Virus record (IMG/VR): IMGVR_UViG_3300005253_000344
Location: 1 to 50,292 of that record
Source of the DNA: a virus
Lineage: Duplodnaviria; Caudoviricetes
DNA: 50,292 bases
Reading direction: 5' to 3' (one strand)
The notes under the pieces are model-generated. The model had not been told where the DNA came from. It did no database searches and saw only the letters and a list, made by a program, of their open reading frames with translations. Made by a program: the position numbers and the translations under genes. Of this stretch, positions 9,965 through 20,305 are shown in pieces (position 1 is the first letter of the stretch; every line of letters begins with the position of its first letter).

Positions 9965-10830
9965 GTCCGGCCCCCATCACGAGATTCGCGTACCTGTCCA
10001 GTAAGTTTACTTCGCTGCCTAATCACTTTCGGTTTTGCTGCTGTTGGTGCTTGTCGCGGCCTTACAGACTCAGCGATCTTATCACCGAATGTACCACCTT
10101 TGGTGCCCGGCTGCACTCTTCTACGACTAATGCCAGGTTGCCCAAGAAGTTCTGTTTTACGTTGGGCGATATTCTTTTCTTCTTGTAGCAACATATCATA
10201 CCTTGCAATTTCTTCTGGTTCAGCTTTTTTCCAATCATCTGTAGCCACATCATATATCTGTACTTTTCGTTTGGGTTTTCCACGAGTTAAAGAAATCGCT
10301 GCCGCTAATGGACTAACATAACTAAGTCTTTTAAGTAATTTGGATGGTTTATCTTCTTTGAACCATTCAAGTTCCTGAGAAATCCTATGACTATATGTGT
10401 CAAGATCAGCAAACTGTTGCATGGGTGGTTTTTCTTTTCCTGGTGTCGGATACATAGACTTCGCCACATCAGCCCCGAATGTCATACGTGCTTTGATTTC
10501 ATCAGGATTATTTATCATTCCTTGTTGTGCAAGCCTATCAATATTCTGCAACTGTGCGAGTTGCTGTTGTGCTCGTTGGTTAAACTGAAGCATCTCTTGT
10601 TTGCCTTTAGCTATTAACTGTCGTTGCATATTTGATGCTTTCTGCCGCCCAGTAAATCTTGCACTCCTGTTTATCTCATTCCACATGAGTTTATATTTAT
10701 TATCTATTTGCTGTCTACCGATCCTGGTTTGTTCATTGATAAACGACTCAGGTGTTATATCCCTGGCAGGGAGTTGTTCAAATGGCAAACCATATTGTGG
10801 TCTTGCATCTGGCATATTGTTCTCCTTCAA
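9943..10830 (-). CDS. Putative internal virion protein
   Basis: Gln/Lys-rich helical ORF between the fibre and the large ejection protein. Confidence 0.5.
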   Translation of the reverse strand: MKENNMPDARPQYGLPFEQLPARDITPESFINEQTRIGRQQIDNKYKLMWNEINRSARFTGRQKASNMQRQLIAKGKQEMLQFNQRAQQQLAQLQNIDRLAQQGMINNPDEIKARMTFGADVAKSMYPTPGKEKPPMQQFADLDTYSHRISQELEWFKEDKPSKLLKRLSYVSPLAAAISLTRGKPKRKVQIYDVATDDWKKAEPEEIARYDMLLQEEKNIAQRKTELLGQPGISRRRVQPGTKGGTFGDKIAESVRPRQAPTAAKPKVIRQRSKLTGQVRESRDGGRTWQIVSG

Positions 10831-10833
10831 ATA

Positions 10834-13800
10834 TTAAGCAAATCTATGAACGGTCATGCCTGTACTTCTTGAGTCTCCAAAAGCATTTCTTGGATTATTA
10901 TCCACCGTATCTACAAGACACCATAATTCATAATAATCTCCGCTTTCTAAATACATATCTTTTGAAGCATTTAGACTTAAACTTCCCGCCCCCCCTACTA
11001 CACCTGAGTCTGTAGGAGCCACATAAGTAGTGTCATTTTTTCTAAGTATAATTTGCATAAAATCACCATCCAGCACATTAAGCACTGTTGCAAATATCTT
11101 TACACTATAATAGCCAGTCGTTGGAACGGTAAACCGATTAGTGGATGTATTAAAATCACCATCAGTATCATAATTATCTACTGTTGAATCATTGTCTAAT
11201 GTTAATTTCGCAAAAACAGCATCAGCCATAGATTGATTACTGGTCAAGCACGCACTGAATTTTGAAGTAAATGCACCACCTGCTGCGGCCCAAGTTAGCA
11301 CCCCACTACCATCAGTTTGTAAGACATTAGTATTATCACCGTCCGTAGGCGGTAAAGTAAAAGATAAACTTCCTGCAAGAGCATTGGGTACGGTTAATGT
11401 TATTGTATTCGCTGAACCGGCATCATGCAATATAAGAGTACCTGTGGTTGTACTTGCCTTTCCAACCGTTATTGAAGCCCCTTCAACGTTTGCTACTCCT
11501 ATTAATGTTACACCTTCTGCTGTTACCCTAAGCCGTTCTGCCCCTTCCACCTGAAAATGAATATCACCATCGGTAACATTTCCAGCAACTATAAATATAT
11601 CACCTTGGTTTGTTGCATGTTCATTTCCATATAAAGCAATATACCCACCTCGATTTGAACCAAACGCTCCCCCACCACCTATAAAAATAGCAACATTATC
11701 ACTTGCGTCTGAAGTATTAGCGTGGATTCCTCCATCAGCACTAAAGATTAAATCATCACTTAGTGATAATCCTGTAAAGGCTGGACTATCTCCTGTCCCT
11801 AATCCCATAGAAGTTGCAGCAGTAGCGGCATTTTCCCAGGCCAGCGTACCAGCACCAGTCCCAACTAAGAACTCACTGTTAGCACCAACAGGCCCCAAAG
11901 TGTCCAAGTCCTCAAGCACGCCGTTGACAGCAAAAGTTCTTCCTGTTGATATATCCCCGCCACCAGTTAATCCTGTTCCTGCTGTAAGGGTAACACCAGT
12001 ATGGTCAATATGTTCGTTCCCTACATAATCACTAAATCCATCGTGGTGTGCACCACCGACCATAGCAATATTAGTACCTTCAATAGCTACCACACCCGCA
12101 CTAACTCTTGCGATGGTGGTGTCAGAAGCGTGTCCTAATTCAATGCCTACAAACTGGGGACTATCTCCTATCCCCACCCCTAACGATGTTCTTGCGACAT
12201 TATCCTTCTCGTAGGCGAATACCCCCCCACCTGTGGCGACTATAAATTGCCCATCGGATGTAGGAGCACCTAATGGGGCTAAATCATCAAGCACTGCTGC
12301 ATAAGCCTGTACATTAGTTCCTATCACAAGGCTTAATTCTGTTGGGGTAACTGAATGAGGATTCCCAGAAGTTAATAGACTATGGGAGTAAGCAGCGTCC
12401 CACTGAGTATGTGTTACATCATTGTGAATATCACCACTATCAATATTGACGTTTGTAAGTACCTGGCTACCCATATCCCAAGCACCAGCTAAAGCTGTTG
12501 TCCCATCCGCTAAAAGGTATTGAGAGTGGTCGTTGCCTGTGGTAAGGCCTGTAAGGGTTGAATGTGCCGTAGCCACATAAGTTCCGGCAGGCAGATTAGA
12601 TATTGCTCTTAAATCTTGTGTCTCAACATAAGAAGGTGGGGAACCTGTACTCCGTAAAATAACACGATATAACAATTTCATTTCCTGAAATGGGAGAATA
12701 CCAAAAGATAATGATTCATATGTATTATTTTCACGGGCATTGTTGAGTGTAGTATCTTGTCTTTGCCCCATCAGAGCGACTATGGGAACACTTATGTCAT
12801 TAGTCGCAAATATCCACATTGCCATATATCTATTAGGTGTACAATCAGCGAGAGCATTGCCATTATTATATCGAAGAGCAGTACCATTCAATTTGTAATA
12901 AACAGATACTCCTGCATCCCATTCCCAATTAGCAGAACCGTTCTTGTATAATACATTACAAGTGGTTTGCTGCGAGGGGGCGTGCTCAATATCTTCATCG
13001 TGCCACTCCCCCGCTTCTATAGTGATAGTTGTATCATCAAATGTTCCGGCCAAGCCGTTTTTAAATCTTGACCCAACTGTATTATGTAAATATTCGTGAG
13101 TGTGCCAATCCATTACAATATTATGGCGTTCTTCCCCCACCAATCCTTTATTATAACTACCACCCCCCCCTGTTGTGTTCCAATAAACGGTAGCCATTAT
13201 AGGCAAATGCCATCCTGGAAAGGCAGTATTTTTTGTAAGTGTTCCGGAAGAATCATAATAAATCCAATGCAAACCAGTAGTATCCGCTATTTGAATTGAA
13301 TCTGTACTTTTAGTTGTCTTAACACCATTTATATAAATATCGTGACTACCTGTAATTGTTAAAGTAAAATCACCATCATTCCAACTAAGCGTAGCAGTAC
13401 GGTCAACAAAACCAGTAGGTTGTTTTTGAGCATCAAATACATCGCCAAACACAATACCATCTATCGTAGCCCCTGCCCATTCTGGACTTGCCCCTGTATG
13501 AATATCCTGTGGAAGTGATAATGTAATAGAACCAGCACCAGGAGTAGATGTGATCTGGTTAGCCGTGCCAGTGATTTCAGCAAGTACGGGATCTGCTCCA
13601 ACACTACCTATTGGAATCTGGCCATTTGCAGCAACAGCAAGCGGAGTAATAGCACTGGTTCCAGAGCCTAATAATATTCCGTGGTCTGTAAGTGATGCAG
13701 TACCAATACCACCTTTAGCTACTATAAGAGGATCTATGATACCAATAGTAACACCACCTGATCCATCATCAGCTATATTAATTTCATTAGCAGTTCCTGC

Positions 13801-14004
13801 AACCAAACCTATGAGATCTTTAGATGCAAGAGTTTTAGATGAATTAGTCCAGATTAATCTGGATGCAGTTAGGCCAGTAAGAGTAAGTCCAGTGAATGTA
13901 GGACTGGCATTACGGCCTAATTTTAATTTAATCTTATTAACAATTAAATCAAGTCGTTTCCAATCATCTTTAATAACTCTCGGTATGTCTAATGATTGAC
14001 CCAT
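10834..14004 (-). CDS. Tail fibre / receptor-binding protein with C-terminal C1q/TNF-like domain
   Basis: Gly/Thr/Ala-rich; internal repeats LDDLAPLG..GDSPQF and LEDLDTLG..GDSPAF; C-terminal FSACLT...FNTSTNRFTVPTTGYY. Confidence 0.8.
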   Translation of the reverse strand: MGQSLDIPRVIKDDWKRLDLIVNKIKLKLGRNASPTFTGLTLTGLTASRLIWTNSSKTLASKDLIGLVAGTANEINIADDGSGGVTIGIIDPLIVAKGGIGTASLTDHGILLGSGTSAITPLAVAANGQIPIGSVGADPVLAEITGTANQITSTPGAGSITLSLPQDIHTGASPEWAGATIDGIVFGDVFDAQKQPTGFVDRTATLSWNDGDFTLTITGSHDIYINGVKTTKSTDSIQIADTTGLHWIYYDSSGTLTKNTAFPGWHLPIMATVYWNTTGGGGSYNKGLVGEERHNIVMDWHTHEYLHNTVGSRFKNGLAGTFDDTTITIEAGEWHDEDIEHAPSQQTTCNVLYKNGSANWEWDAGVSVYYKLNGTALRYNNGNALADCTPNRYMAMWIFATNDISVPIVALMGQRQDTTLNNARENNTYESLSFGILPFQEMKLLYRVILRSTGSPPSYVETQDLRAISNLPAGTYVATAHSTLTGLTTGNDHSQYLLADGTTALAGAWDMGSQVLTNVNIDSGDIHNDVTHTQWDAAYSHSLLTSGNPHSVTPTELSLVIGTNVQAYAAVLDDLAPLGAPTSDGQFIVATGGGVFAYEKDNVARTSLGVGIGDSPQFVGIELGHASDTTIARVSAGVVAIEGTNIAMVGGAHHDGFSDYVGNEHIDHTGVTLTAGTGLTGGGDISTGRTFAVNGVLEDLDTLGPVGANSEFLVGTGAGTLAWENAATAATSMGLGTGDSPAFTGLSLSDDLIFSADGGIHANTSDASDNVAIFIGGGGAFGSNRGGYIALYGNEHATNQGDIFIVAGNVTDGDIHFQVEGAERLRVTAEGVTLIGVANVEGASITVGKASTTTGTLILHDAGSANTITLTVPNALAGSLSFTLPPTDGDNTNVLQTDGSGVLTWAAAGGAFTSKFSACLTSNQSMADAVFAKLTLDNDSTVDNYDTDGDFNTSTNRFTVPTTGYYSVKIFATVLNVLDGDFMQIILRKNDTTYVAPTDSGVVGGAGSLSLNASKDMYLESGDYYELWCLVDTVDNNPRNAFGDSRSTGMTVHRFA

Positions 14005-14756
14005 TACATTCTTCGTCCCAAAATAGGACCACCGGAACCACCAGCAACTGACATATAATCACCAGTTTGGGGGGCATATTGTTCTTTGAATAAAGGTGCT
14101 GGTGTTGGCCAGGGTGTGTCTGCTGTACTGCTGCCACCATCATCTAAACCTGGATAAGACTGTGCCCCATTACCACCTTGATCCTGGCCATACAACGCCG
14201 GGAACTGTTGTGCTTGTTGAACTGGTTGTGCTGTTGGTTGGGATTGAAACGCCATTGATTCCCTTTGTAAATCAGCCTGTAAATCGGCTATATATTTTTG
14301 TAAACCTCTTTGTGCTCTTGCCTGACCCGCCTGAAAACCTCTTTGCAATCCCGCCTGGCCTGCTTGAAATCCCATACCTGCTTCTTGCATTTCTATACCA
14401 GAAATTGCTCGTGCTCTTTCTTCTTCTAAACTCGCCCGTGTTGGTGCTGCAACTTCTTCTTCAAATTTAGTACCAAGCCCAGCAGCCATAGTAGTACCAG
14501 CAAGACCAGCACTTACAAGATTTTGCATTCCTACCGATACAGCTTTAACTCTACCACGCTCTAATCCCGTCTCAACGCCTTTGCCGAAACCACCACCAGG
14601 TTGATATTGTGCTTTGGCTCTTCTAAGGGGTTCGAGTTCTTTTTCTCTTCGTACTGCTTCATTATATTTACGTTCATTGGTATATAATACCCCGGCTACT
14701 ACATTTCTTGTTTTACTCTTAGTGTAACGCCTAAATGGTCTATATGTTTCTGCCAT
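14004..14756 (-). CDS. Putative DNA pilot/ejection protein
   Basis: Gly/Ala/Gln-rich; directly downstream of the nozzle-like gene. Confidence 0.45.
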   Translation of the reverse strand: MAETYRPFRRYTKSKTRNVVAGVLYTNERKYNEAVRREKELEPLRRAKAQYQPGGGFGKGVETGLERGRVKAVSVGMQNLVSAGLAGTTMAAGLGTKFEEEVAAPTRASLEEERARAISGIEMQEAGMGFQAGQAGLQRGFQAGQARAQRGLQKYIADLQADLQRESMAFQSQPTAQPVQQAQQFPALYGQDQGGNGAQSYPGLDDGGSSTADTPWPTPAPLFKEQYAPQTGDYMSVAGGSGGPILGRRM

Positions 14757-16414
14757 TACAGTACCCTTCCAATCTGTTTAACATCCAGGGTTAATTTTTC
14801 AAAACCCCAAGTTTCTGTTGCTGTATCATTACCAATCTTAATTGCACCAAACCTGCCTCTTATTTTTCTGCGATCTTTATTACCTTTTTGATAGCCAGGA
14901 CTACTGAATGTACCAGAATATTTTGGTGTTGCCGGAGATGCTTCAACAGCTTCGATTACATTTTCAGATGTTCTTGCAGCAAAAATTGAATAATTAACAT
15001 CATCTGAATCACTCTCACTACCACCTGATAAACCACCAGCCGATATAATATTCACATTACTAAGTGTGCCGTCATTAATATTACCAGATAATTGTATAGG
15101 CCCAAGAACTGCGTAACTATCTATTGCTTGATTAGACCCACCTATATTATCATCTTCGGCAGTTTTATCAAATTTTCTAATATAACCATCTTTACAACCA
15201 ACAAGTAAATCTCTAAGACCGGGGTCATTAGCTGGATAATAAAATAAAGAATATGGTCCACACTCATCAGGATATGTTTCTGGAAAAAATCCCTCAGTTT
15301 TCAAATCATACCAATAATTAGAATTAGAACCATCAGATAATTTAGTAATACATATATTTATACCATAATCTCTTCTGTCGTATGCCATAGTAATGCGGTG
15401 CGTAGACGAATCAGCATCTTCGTCTTTAACTAAATCAGGTAATGCTATCGCTGATAAACAAACTGGGGTTCCCGGAATAGTAGTTTTATAAAATCCATTT
15501 GTGCCCCAGAAATATAAATTACCAGCACCATCCCAACACCAACTATTAGCTCCAAATATTCCAGTAGTTAAATCGAGTCCACCTAATTCACCGCCGTAAG
15601 CTGGATCGCCTGACATATACCAGATAGAAGTAGCACAGCCAAAAATGAGATAATCATCTTTATATGATATTAGACATCGTATTATGTCACCAAGTTCACC
15701 AGCATCAGCATTGCCACCTTTTACCGGAGTCCCCGCATCGCCTGCTACGTAAGCGAAGTCCCAGGGAAAAGCCTGACGAGCCATATACCACTGTTCGGGA
15801 TGTTCTGGATCACCAGATAAAATTGTTCTACCACGATATAAAACACCAAGATATGCTTTGTTTGGCAGAGCACCATATGATTTAGTTGCACCACCCACAG
15901 TAAGCACTACGTCTGGATAATCAGTCCAATCGTACCAATGTGGTGATGCGGTTACTACTGATGGCGTAAATGTTGATCCATCCATTGTGGCTGTGGCATT
16001 GTTACTTGATACTGTATTAGATATATCAAATGCCGTAGCAGAACCACCATAATACGCGTAACCATATATAGCAGTTTTCGCTGTATTTACAAAATCTACC
16101 ACCATATAAGCAAAATTACTACTACCTTGATCTTGAGTTAATATGTCACCATGTGCGGGTGGACTTGTTAGTGCTGATAGTGTTAATTTTGTATTTATAA
16201 AATCTGCTACTTTAAGGTTAGCACCATTAACTATAAATACTTTCTGGTAAGCCTCAAACATATTGAGTTGATCAGACGTATCAATATCGCCATTAGCGGC
16301 ACTAAGTTCTGTCATTGTTCCAGCAGCCACATCTAAATCCTCATACCAAAGTTCATCATTTCCAGCAGCTACTAATCGCTTATATGTTACTACATCACTT
16401 AGTGAAACTGCCAT
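14756..16414 (-). CDS. Tail nozzle / packaged-DNA stabilisation protein (T7 gp12 / P22 gp10-like), main part
   Basis: Beta-propeller-like repeating strands; C-terminal RRKIRGRFGAIKI..W.FEKLTLD typical of tubular protein B; position. Confidence 0.65.
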   Translation of the reverse strand: MAVSLSDVVTYKRLVAAGNDELWYEDLDVAAGTMTELSAANGDIDTSDQLNMFEAYQKVFIVNGANLKVADFINTKLTLSALTSPPAHGDILTQDQGSSNFAYMVVDFVNTAKTAIYGYAYYGGSATAFDISNTVSSNNATATMDGSTFTPSVVTASPHWYDWTDYPDVVLTVGGATKSYGALPNKAYLGVLYRGRTILSGDPEHPEQWYMARQAFPWDFAYVAGDAGTPVKGGNADAGELGDIIRCLISYKDDYLIFGCATSIWYMSGDPAYGGELGGLDLTTGIFGANSWCWDGAGNLYFWGTNGFYKTTIPGTPVCLSAIALPDLVKDEDADSSTHRITMAYDRRDYGINICITKLSDGSNSNYWYDLKTEGFFPETYPDECGPYSLFYYPANDPGLRDLLVGCKDGYIRKFDKTAEDDNIGGSNQAIDSYAVLGPIQLSGNINDGTLSNVNIISAGGLSGGSESDSDDVNYSIFAARTSENVIEAVEASPATPKYSGTFSSPGYQKGNKDRRKIRGRFGAIKIGNDTATETWGFEKLTLDVKQIGRVL

Positions 16415-16416
16415 GT

Positions 16417-17724
16417 TTAGATACTCTCATACCATATCGTATTGTTCGCCGCAGCTATTAATTTCCTAACTGTTATCATACCACTTTCACCAGTATATTC
16501 CCAGTCCGTTCCTCGAACTCCTGGTGGGCTATCATAAGGCCCACTACCATTGCCACCACTAATGAGTCTATAGCTTACTCGTATCTGGTCAAAATCAATA
16601 ATGCCAAACGACCAGGTATCTCCTGTAGTCGTACCAAATATATTTGTAGATTCTATTTTCCACTCGTAAGTAATACTATAATCCAACGTACCAAAAGCAA
16701 TAGCCCATTCTATGGCGGCTTGGGCTGATGATTCCTCTACCCAATCATTACCTTGTATACGAAAATAAACATCGTAAGTATCTGAGTTACCCCCGTCTAC
16801 CCAACTTAACGGGGTTTCATCAAGAGTTATACTTGATGTTGCATCAGCAGGTGAAGGAGTTGTAGCCTTTACTGGCCTTGCATCAAAATTCCATATATCT
16901 CCAGTAGTTGTGCCGCCAGCATTTGTTGCGTCTACTCTCCAATAAATTACTTGTTCAGTAGGCACATCACCAATAGTTACAGTATAAGTTGATGGTACAA
17001 TAGCATCGGCGACCTTAACAAGACTCCCTGACGGTCCTATATAAACATCAAAAGTATCTGCTCCACCGCCATCATCCCAATCTAATACAAGTCCTGAAAA
17101 ATCCACTCCTGTTGCACTATTAGCAGGTGTTGGATTAGTTGGTTTAGTTGGTGCTGCACCAACCCCCCATGTTTGAAAATCAAAATCTTGTATGTTCCAG
17201 CCAACCCAATTTCGTTGAGTGTCAGGAAGTGCGGTCCATCCGTCACTAACTCCTGTCCAGTCTCCCCCCCAAGCAGCTACATTTTCATAATATACGCACG
17301 CGTCACCGTTTGCATAATCATCTGTAATATCACCAAACCAAAAGACACTATTATTAACATCTGCATTTGGTGTGCTTAAAACAATGGCATATTCTATACC
17401 AGATGTTAAATCTACAGGAGTTGTTAATGTAGTTTGATATATAGCACCAGTTGATGAAGTAGTTAGGGCATTACCGTTTCGACTTACTTGAGATAGAGAA
17501 CTTCCTGTAGGAAGTCCACCAGCAGTGGCATAAATATCAAAATATATAGTTCCTGGCGAACCAGACCGTTTTAATCTTGTACGAATAGCATTTAATGTAT
17601 AATTTTCTTGTGGAGTAAAAGTCATACCACAATAAATATATACCAATGGCGGCCCAACATATCTCGATACTTCGGCTATATAAGTTGTACCAGAAACATG
17701 ATATTCAAAAAGACTATTAGCCAT
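16417..17724 (-). CDS. Virion accessory protein: jelly-roll-like domain plus two FN3/Ig-like repeats
   Basis: Repeats PTNPTPAN..WDDGGGADTFDVY..GTTTGDIWNF and PSPAD..WVDGGNSDTYDVY..GTTTGDTWSF; likely start MANSLF at 17724. Confidence 0.7.
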   Translation of the reverse strand: MANSLFEYHVSGTTYIAEVSRYVGPPLVYIYCGMTFTPQENYTLNAIRTRLKRSGSPGTIYFDIYATAGGLPTGSSLSQVSRNGNALTTSSTGAIYQTTLTTPVDLTSGIEYAIVLSTPNADVNNSVFWFGDITDDYANGDACVYYENVAAWGGDWTGVSDGWTALPDTQRNWVGWNIQDFDFQTWGVGAAPTKPTNPTPANSATGVDFSGLVLDWDDGGGADTFDVYIGPSGSLVKVADAIVPSTYTVTIGDVPTEQVIYWRVDATNAGGTTTGDIWNFDARPVKATTPSPADATSSITLDETPLSWVDGGNSDTYDVYFRIQGNDWVEESSAQAAIEWAIAFGTLDYSITYEWKIESTNIFGTTTGDTWSFGIIDFDQIRVSYRLISGGNGSGPYDSPPGVRGTDWEYTGESGMITVRKLIAAANNTIWYESI

Positions 17725-17725
17725 A

Positions 17726-17953
17726 TCATGCCACCGAACTAACAGTACATATTGCAACTACAGGTTGTTCTGCCGCACCTATCTGAGTACCAGCACCCCA
17801 CTTTGCCAATCCTGGCCTTTGCCCACCACGCAATCTGTTAGATAATGCATCATACGGGCGAACATTAGACATACTGAATGATGTCAATGGGGGTTGTTTT
17901 TCAGTAACAAAACCCTTGTGCAGACCCTTAATTGGGAAGAAGATCTCTGCCAT
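17726..17953 (-). CDS. 75-aa protein resembling the N-terminal segment of a nozzle/stabilisation protein
   Basis: MAEIFFPIKGLHKG..NVRP..LRGGQRPGL resembles the usual N-terminus of gp10/gp12-like proteins. Confidence 0.55.
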   Translation of the reverse strand: MAEIFFPIKGLHKGFVTEKQPPLTSFSMSNVRPYDALSNRLRGGQRPGLAKWGAGTQIGAAEQPVVAICTVSSVA

Positions 17954-17970
17954 ATTATTATTCCAAAAAT

Positions 17971-18003
17971 ATGGGGTGGGTGTATTGGACCACCTCACCC
18001 CGT
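17971..18003 (-). terminator. Intergenic GC-rich hairpin (attenuator/terminator-like)
   Basis: ATGGGGTGGGTG-tattggac-CACCTCACCCCGT; minus strand continues ATTTTT. Confidence 0.5.
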
Positions 18004-18029
18004 TATGATATTCTGCCTACGGCAGCGTA

Positions 18030-18497
18030 TTAATTGAAGTCATGGATGCGGTAAGCAATTTTGATCTTCATCGGACTATTACCAACTGCTGGAATACCAA
18101 TGGCAACCAGTTCTAATCCATCATTAACATCTGTTACTACTCCTGCGGCTGTACCCAACGGTGCCATAACTGTATAGGCATCTGCTGTTTTGTGCAAGAA
18201 GTTAGTACCGGTAACAGCACCACTCAAAGCTGTATTTCCTGTCACTGTCTGGACAGTTAAACTTGTATTAGTAGTATAGGTTGCACTATTATAGTCAATA
18301 TACAACACAGCCGATACAAATTCAAGAACTTTTTTAGGTCCAGGTGCACTAACAAGTAATTTAGGTGCAGAAACTAAAAGTTTAATCTCTGCGGAAGTAA
18401 TATCTATGATCTTTTCATAAACTTTACCCGCAGTTTTCCCTTCGGTATCTGCAACCTGATTTTCGATGTCGTAGGCCATAAACGCTCTTCTTGACAT
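18030..18497 (-). CDS. Putative virion structural protein
   Basis: AAGGAG RBS; beta-rich 155 aa in the structural operon. Confidence 0.55.
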   Translation of the reverse strand: MSRRAFMAYDIENQVADTEGKTAGKVYEKIIDITSAEIKLLVSAPKLLVSAPGPKKVLEFVSAVLYIDYNSATYTTNTSLTVQTVTGNTALSGAVTGTNFLHKTADAYTVMAPLGTAAGVVTDVNDGLELVAIGIPAVGNSPMKIKIAYRIHDFN

Positions 18498-18516
18498 TTT
18501 ATTCTCCTTTTTCTTT

Positions 18517-19026
18517 TTATGTTTTTTTCAAATATTTTTTGGATCTGTTTACAAAGTTTTCATCATCTATGAAACCCATCCCAAAATTACACCTATAACA
18601 CAAAAGCCCGCGTACTTTATCAGTCTTATGATCGTGGTCAACAAGCAACCTATGCCCACTAACATTTATTTCACCACAAATAGCACAAACTCCACCTTGT
18701 CCCTCGACCATTTGATCATACTGTTCAAGAGTAAGACCATAACTATTTTTTAAGTTCTTTCTACGGTATTTAAGTTTGGCTTTTGCCGTTCCGTGATATT
18801 TTTGAGCGGCTCTTTTCTGAGTTGCCTTTCCTTTTTCAGTTTTATGATGTTTTTTAGAGGCCTGCCTATTTATTTCTTTTCTTTCTTCGGCCCGATGATA
18901 TTTTTTTCTACAATCTCCGCACCAATAACTTAAACCGTCTTTACTATCACCCCTAACACAAAATTCACTTAATAATTTCTTCTTTTTGCACCGCGAACAA
19001 AGTTTCTCTTTAGGTATAGGTGACAT
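18517..19026 (-). CDS. Endonuclease VII-family HNH endonuclease
   Basis: YGLTLEQY..CAIC..LLVDHDHKTDKVRGLLCYRCN; likely start MSPIPKEK (19026) after GGGGAAG. Confidence 0.9.
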   Translation of the reverse strand: MSPIPKEKLCSRCKKKKLLSEFCVRGDSKDGLSYWCGDCRKKYHRAEERKEINRQASKKHHKTEKGKATQKRAAQKYHGTAKAKLKYRRKNLKNSYGLTLEQYDQMVEGQGGVCAICGEINVSGHRLLVDHDHKTDKVRGLLCYRCNFGMGFIDDENFVNRSKKYLKKT

Positions 19027-20305
19027 CGTTGTAACTTCTTCCCCGATACCTACGGTTTCTAATCTCTTCATTGGATAACATTGGGCCGAGCTTCCTTGGT
19101 GCACTCCGCATATCAGTCTTAAAGGCATTCGGGATTGCTTTTTTATGGTAATATTCTGACCAAAATGTATCGAAATGAATATCCTGACTTTCCATCTCTG
19201 TTCTCGCAAGACACGCTGATTCAACAGTGTCGTCAAATTGGTGGCCAGCCGGGTGTAAATTATTCGGTGGTTGTACTATATATTGACTTGTAGTAGTAGG
19301 CGTAGATCCACCTGATAAAGCACTAAAATCAAACTTACCACTTGAACTGGTATAGCCTGTCACAGTAGCAGTTTCACCTACACCTGTACCATCAATAATA
19401 GTAATAATCCAACCATTGAAATAACTATCTGCCTCAACATTAGCCCTTGCACTATCAGATAACGAAATAGCACTCCCGGCAGTAGCAACCCCACTTTCCA
19501 TCTTCATACTATCGAAATATAAAGTATATGGAAATTGCACTGTGTCAGTGCTTATTGGTCGCGGATCAACTAATAATACCCACAACCTCGTCTGCGATAA
19601 AGTTTCATCAACAGGTTGATATGGCACTATGGCAGCTTTCCTTGGTGGGCCACCGATGATACTCGGAGTTCTACGTGTTCTGATCTCTGCTTCATCACAC
19701 CAATCTATCGGTGTAGAACGATTAGAACCAGCAGCATATTGAATTATCCCATCAGCAGATCCACTAAAATTCGCTGGCAGAATATATTTAGCATTGTCAC
19801 CAGCATCAGTCGCTACAGATGTAATAGCAAATGTATCATCTGCTGCTGGAGTTGTTCCAGTTAAGTTACCATCAGAATCTAACCACGCATCAACACCGCA
19901 TGATCCAGTTGACGCAGTATAACTTGTAATCTGTGCATAGCTCCCCGCACCCGTACCTGTGAGAATATAGACATACCAATCAGTAAGATCTTCATCAGTA
20001 TCATAGGTACTACTAAGTGTAGCATCTACCATAGTAGTTGTAGAAGCACTATCAACAGTACCAGCCACTCGTGTTGCGAATGTCACGCTCATGAGCCTAC
20101 GCATCCAACGCCAACCTTTAGGCGGTGAATCAGCCATGAACATAACAATGCCATTGGTGATGTACCTTTTACACAGATTGAAGTTGTACTGATCAACAGG
20201 TATGTGTAGCCGACCCACAGAATCATATTCAGCTATACCGAGTTTCTCGGCTACACGCAACATTAGATCAGACATCGTTTTGGCATTTGAAGGCTCTGCT
20301 GCCAT
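19010..20305 (-). CDS. Head-tail adaptor (gp11/gp4-like) with two inserted repeat domains
   Basis: Helical N-terminus and WRWMRR; two repeats W.(V/I).I..GTG.G..A.(I/V)T.YT.S.G; position. Confidence 0.6.
   Translation of the reverse strand: MAAEPSNAKTMSDLMLRVAEKLGIAEYDSVGRLHIPVDQYNFNLCKRYITNGIVMFMADSPPKGWRWMRRLMSVTFATRVAGTVDSASTTTMVDATLSSTYDTDEDLTDWYVYILTGTGAGSYAQITSYTASTGSCGVDAWLDSDGNLTGTTPAADDTFAITSVATDAGDNAKYILPANFSGSADGIIQYAAGSNRSTPIDWCDEAEIRTRRTPSIIGGPPRKAAIVPYQPVDETLSQTRLWVLLVDPRPISTDTVQFPYTLYFDSMKMESGVATAGSAISLSDSARANVEADSYFNGWIITIIDGTGVGETATVTGYTSSSGKFDFSALSGGSTPTTTSQYIVQPPNNLHPAGHQFDDTVESACLARTEMESQDIHFDTFWSEYYHKKAIPNAFKTDMRSAPRKLGPMLSNEEIRNRRYRGRSYNDVTYT

Noticed and set aside
10834-14004. 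Diversity-generating retroelement acting on the fibre
   Set aside because: No reverse transcriptase and no near-identical template/variable repeat pair seen; fibre repeats are old protein-level repeats
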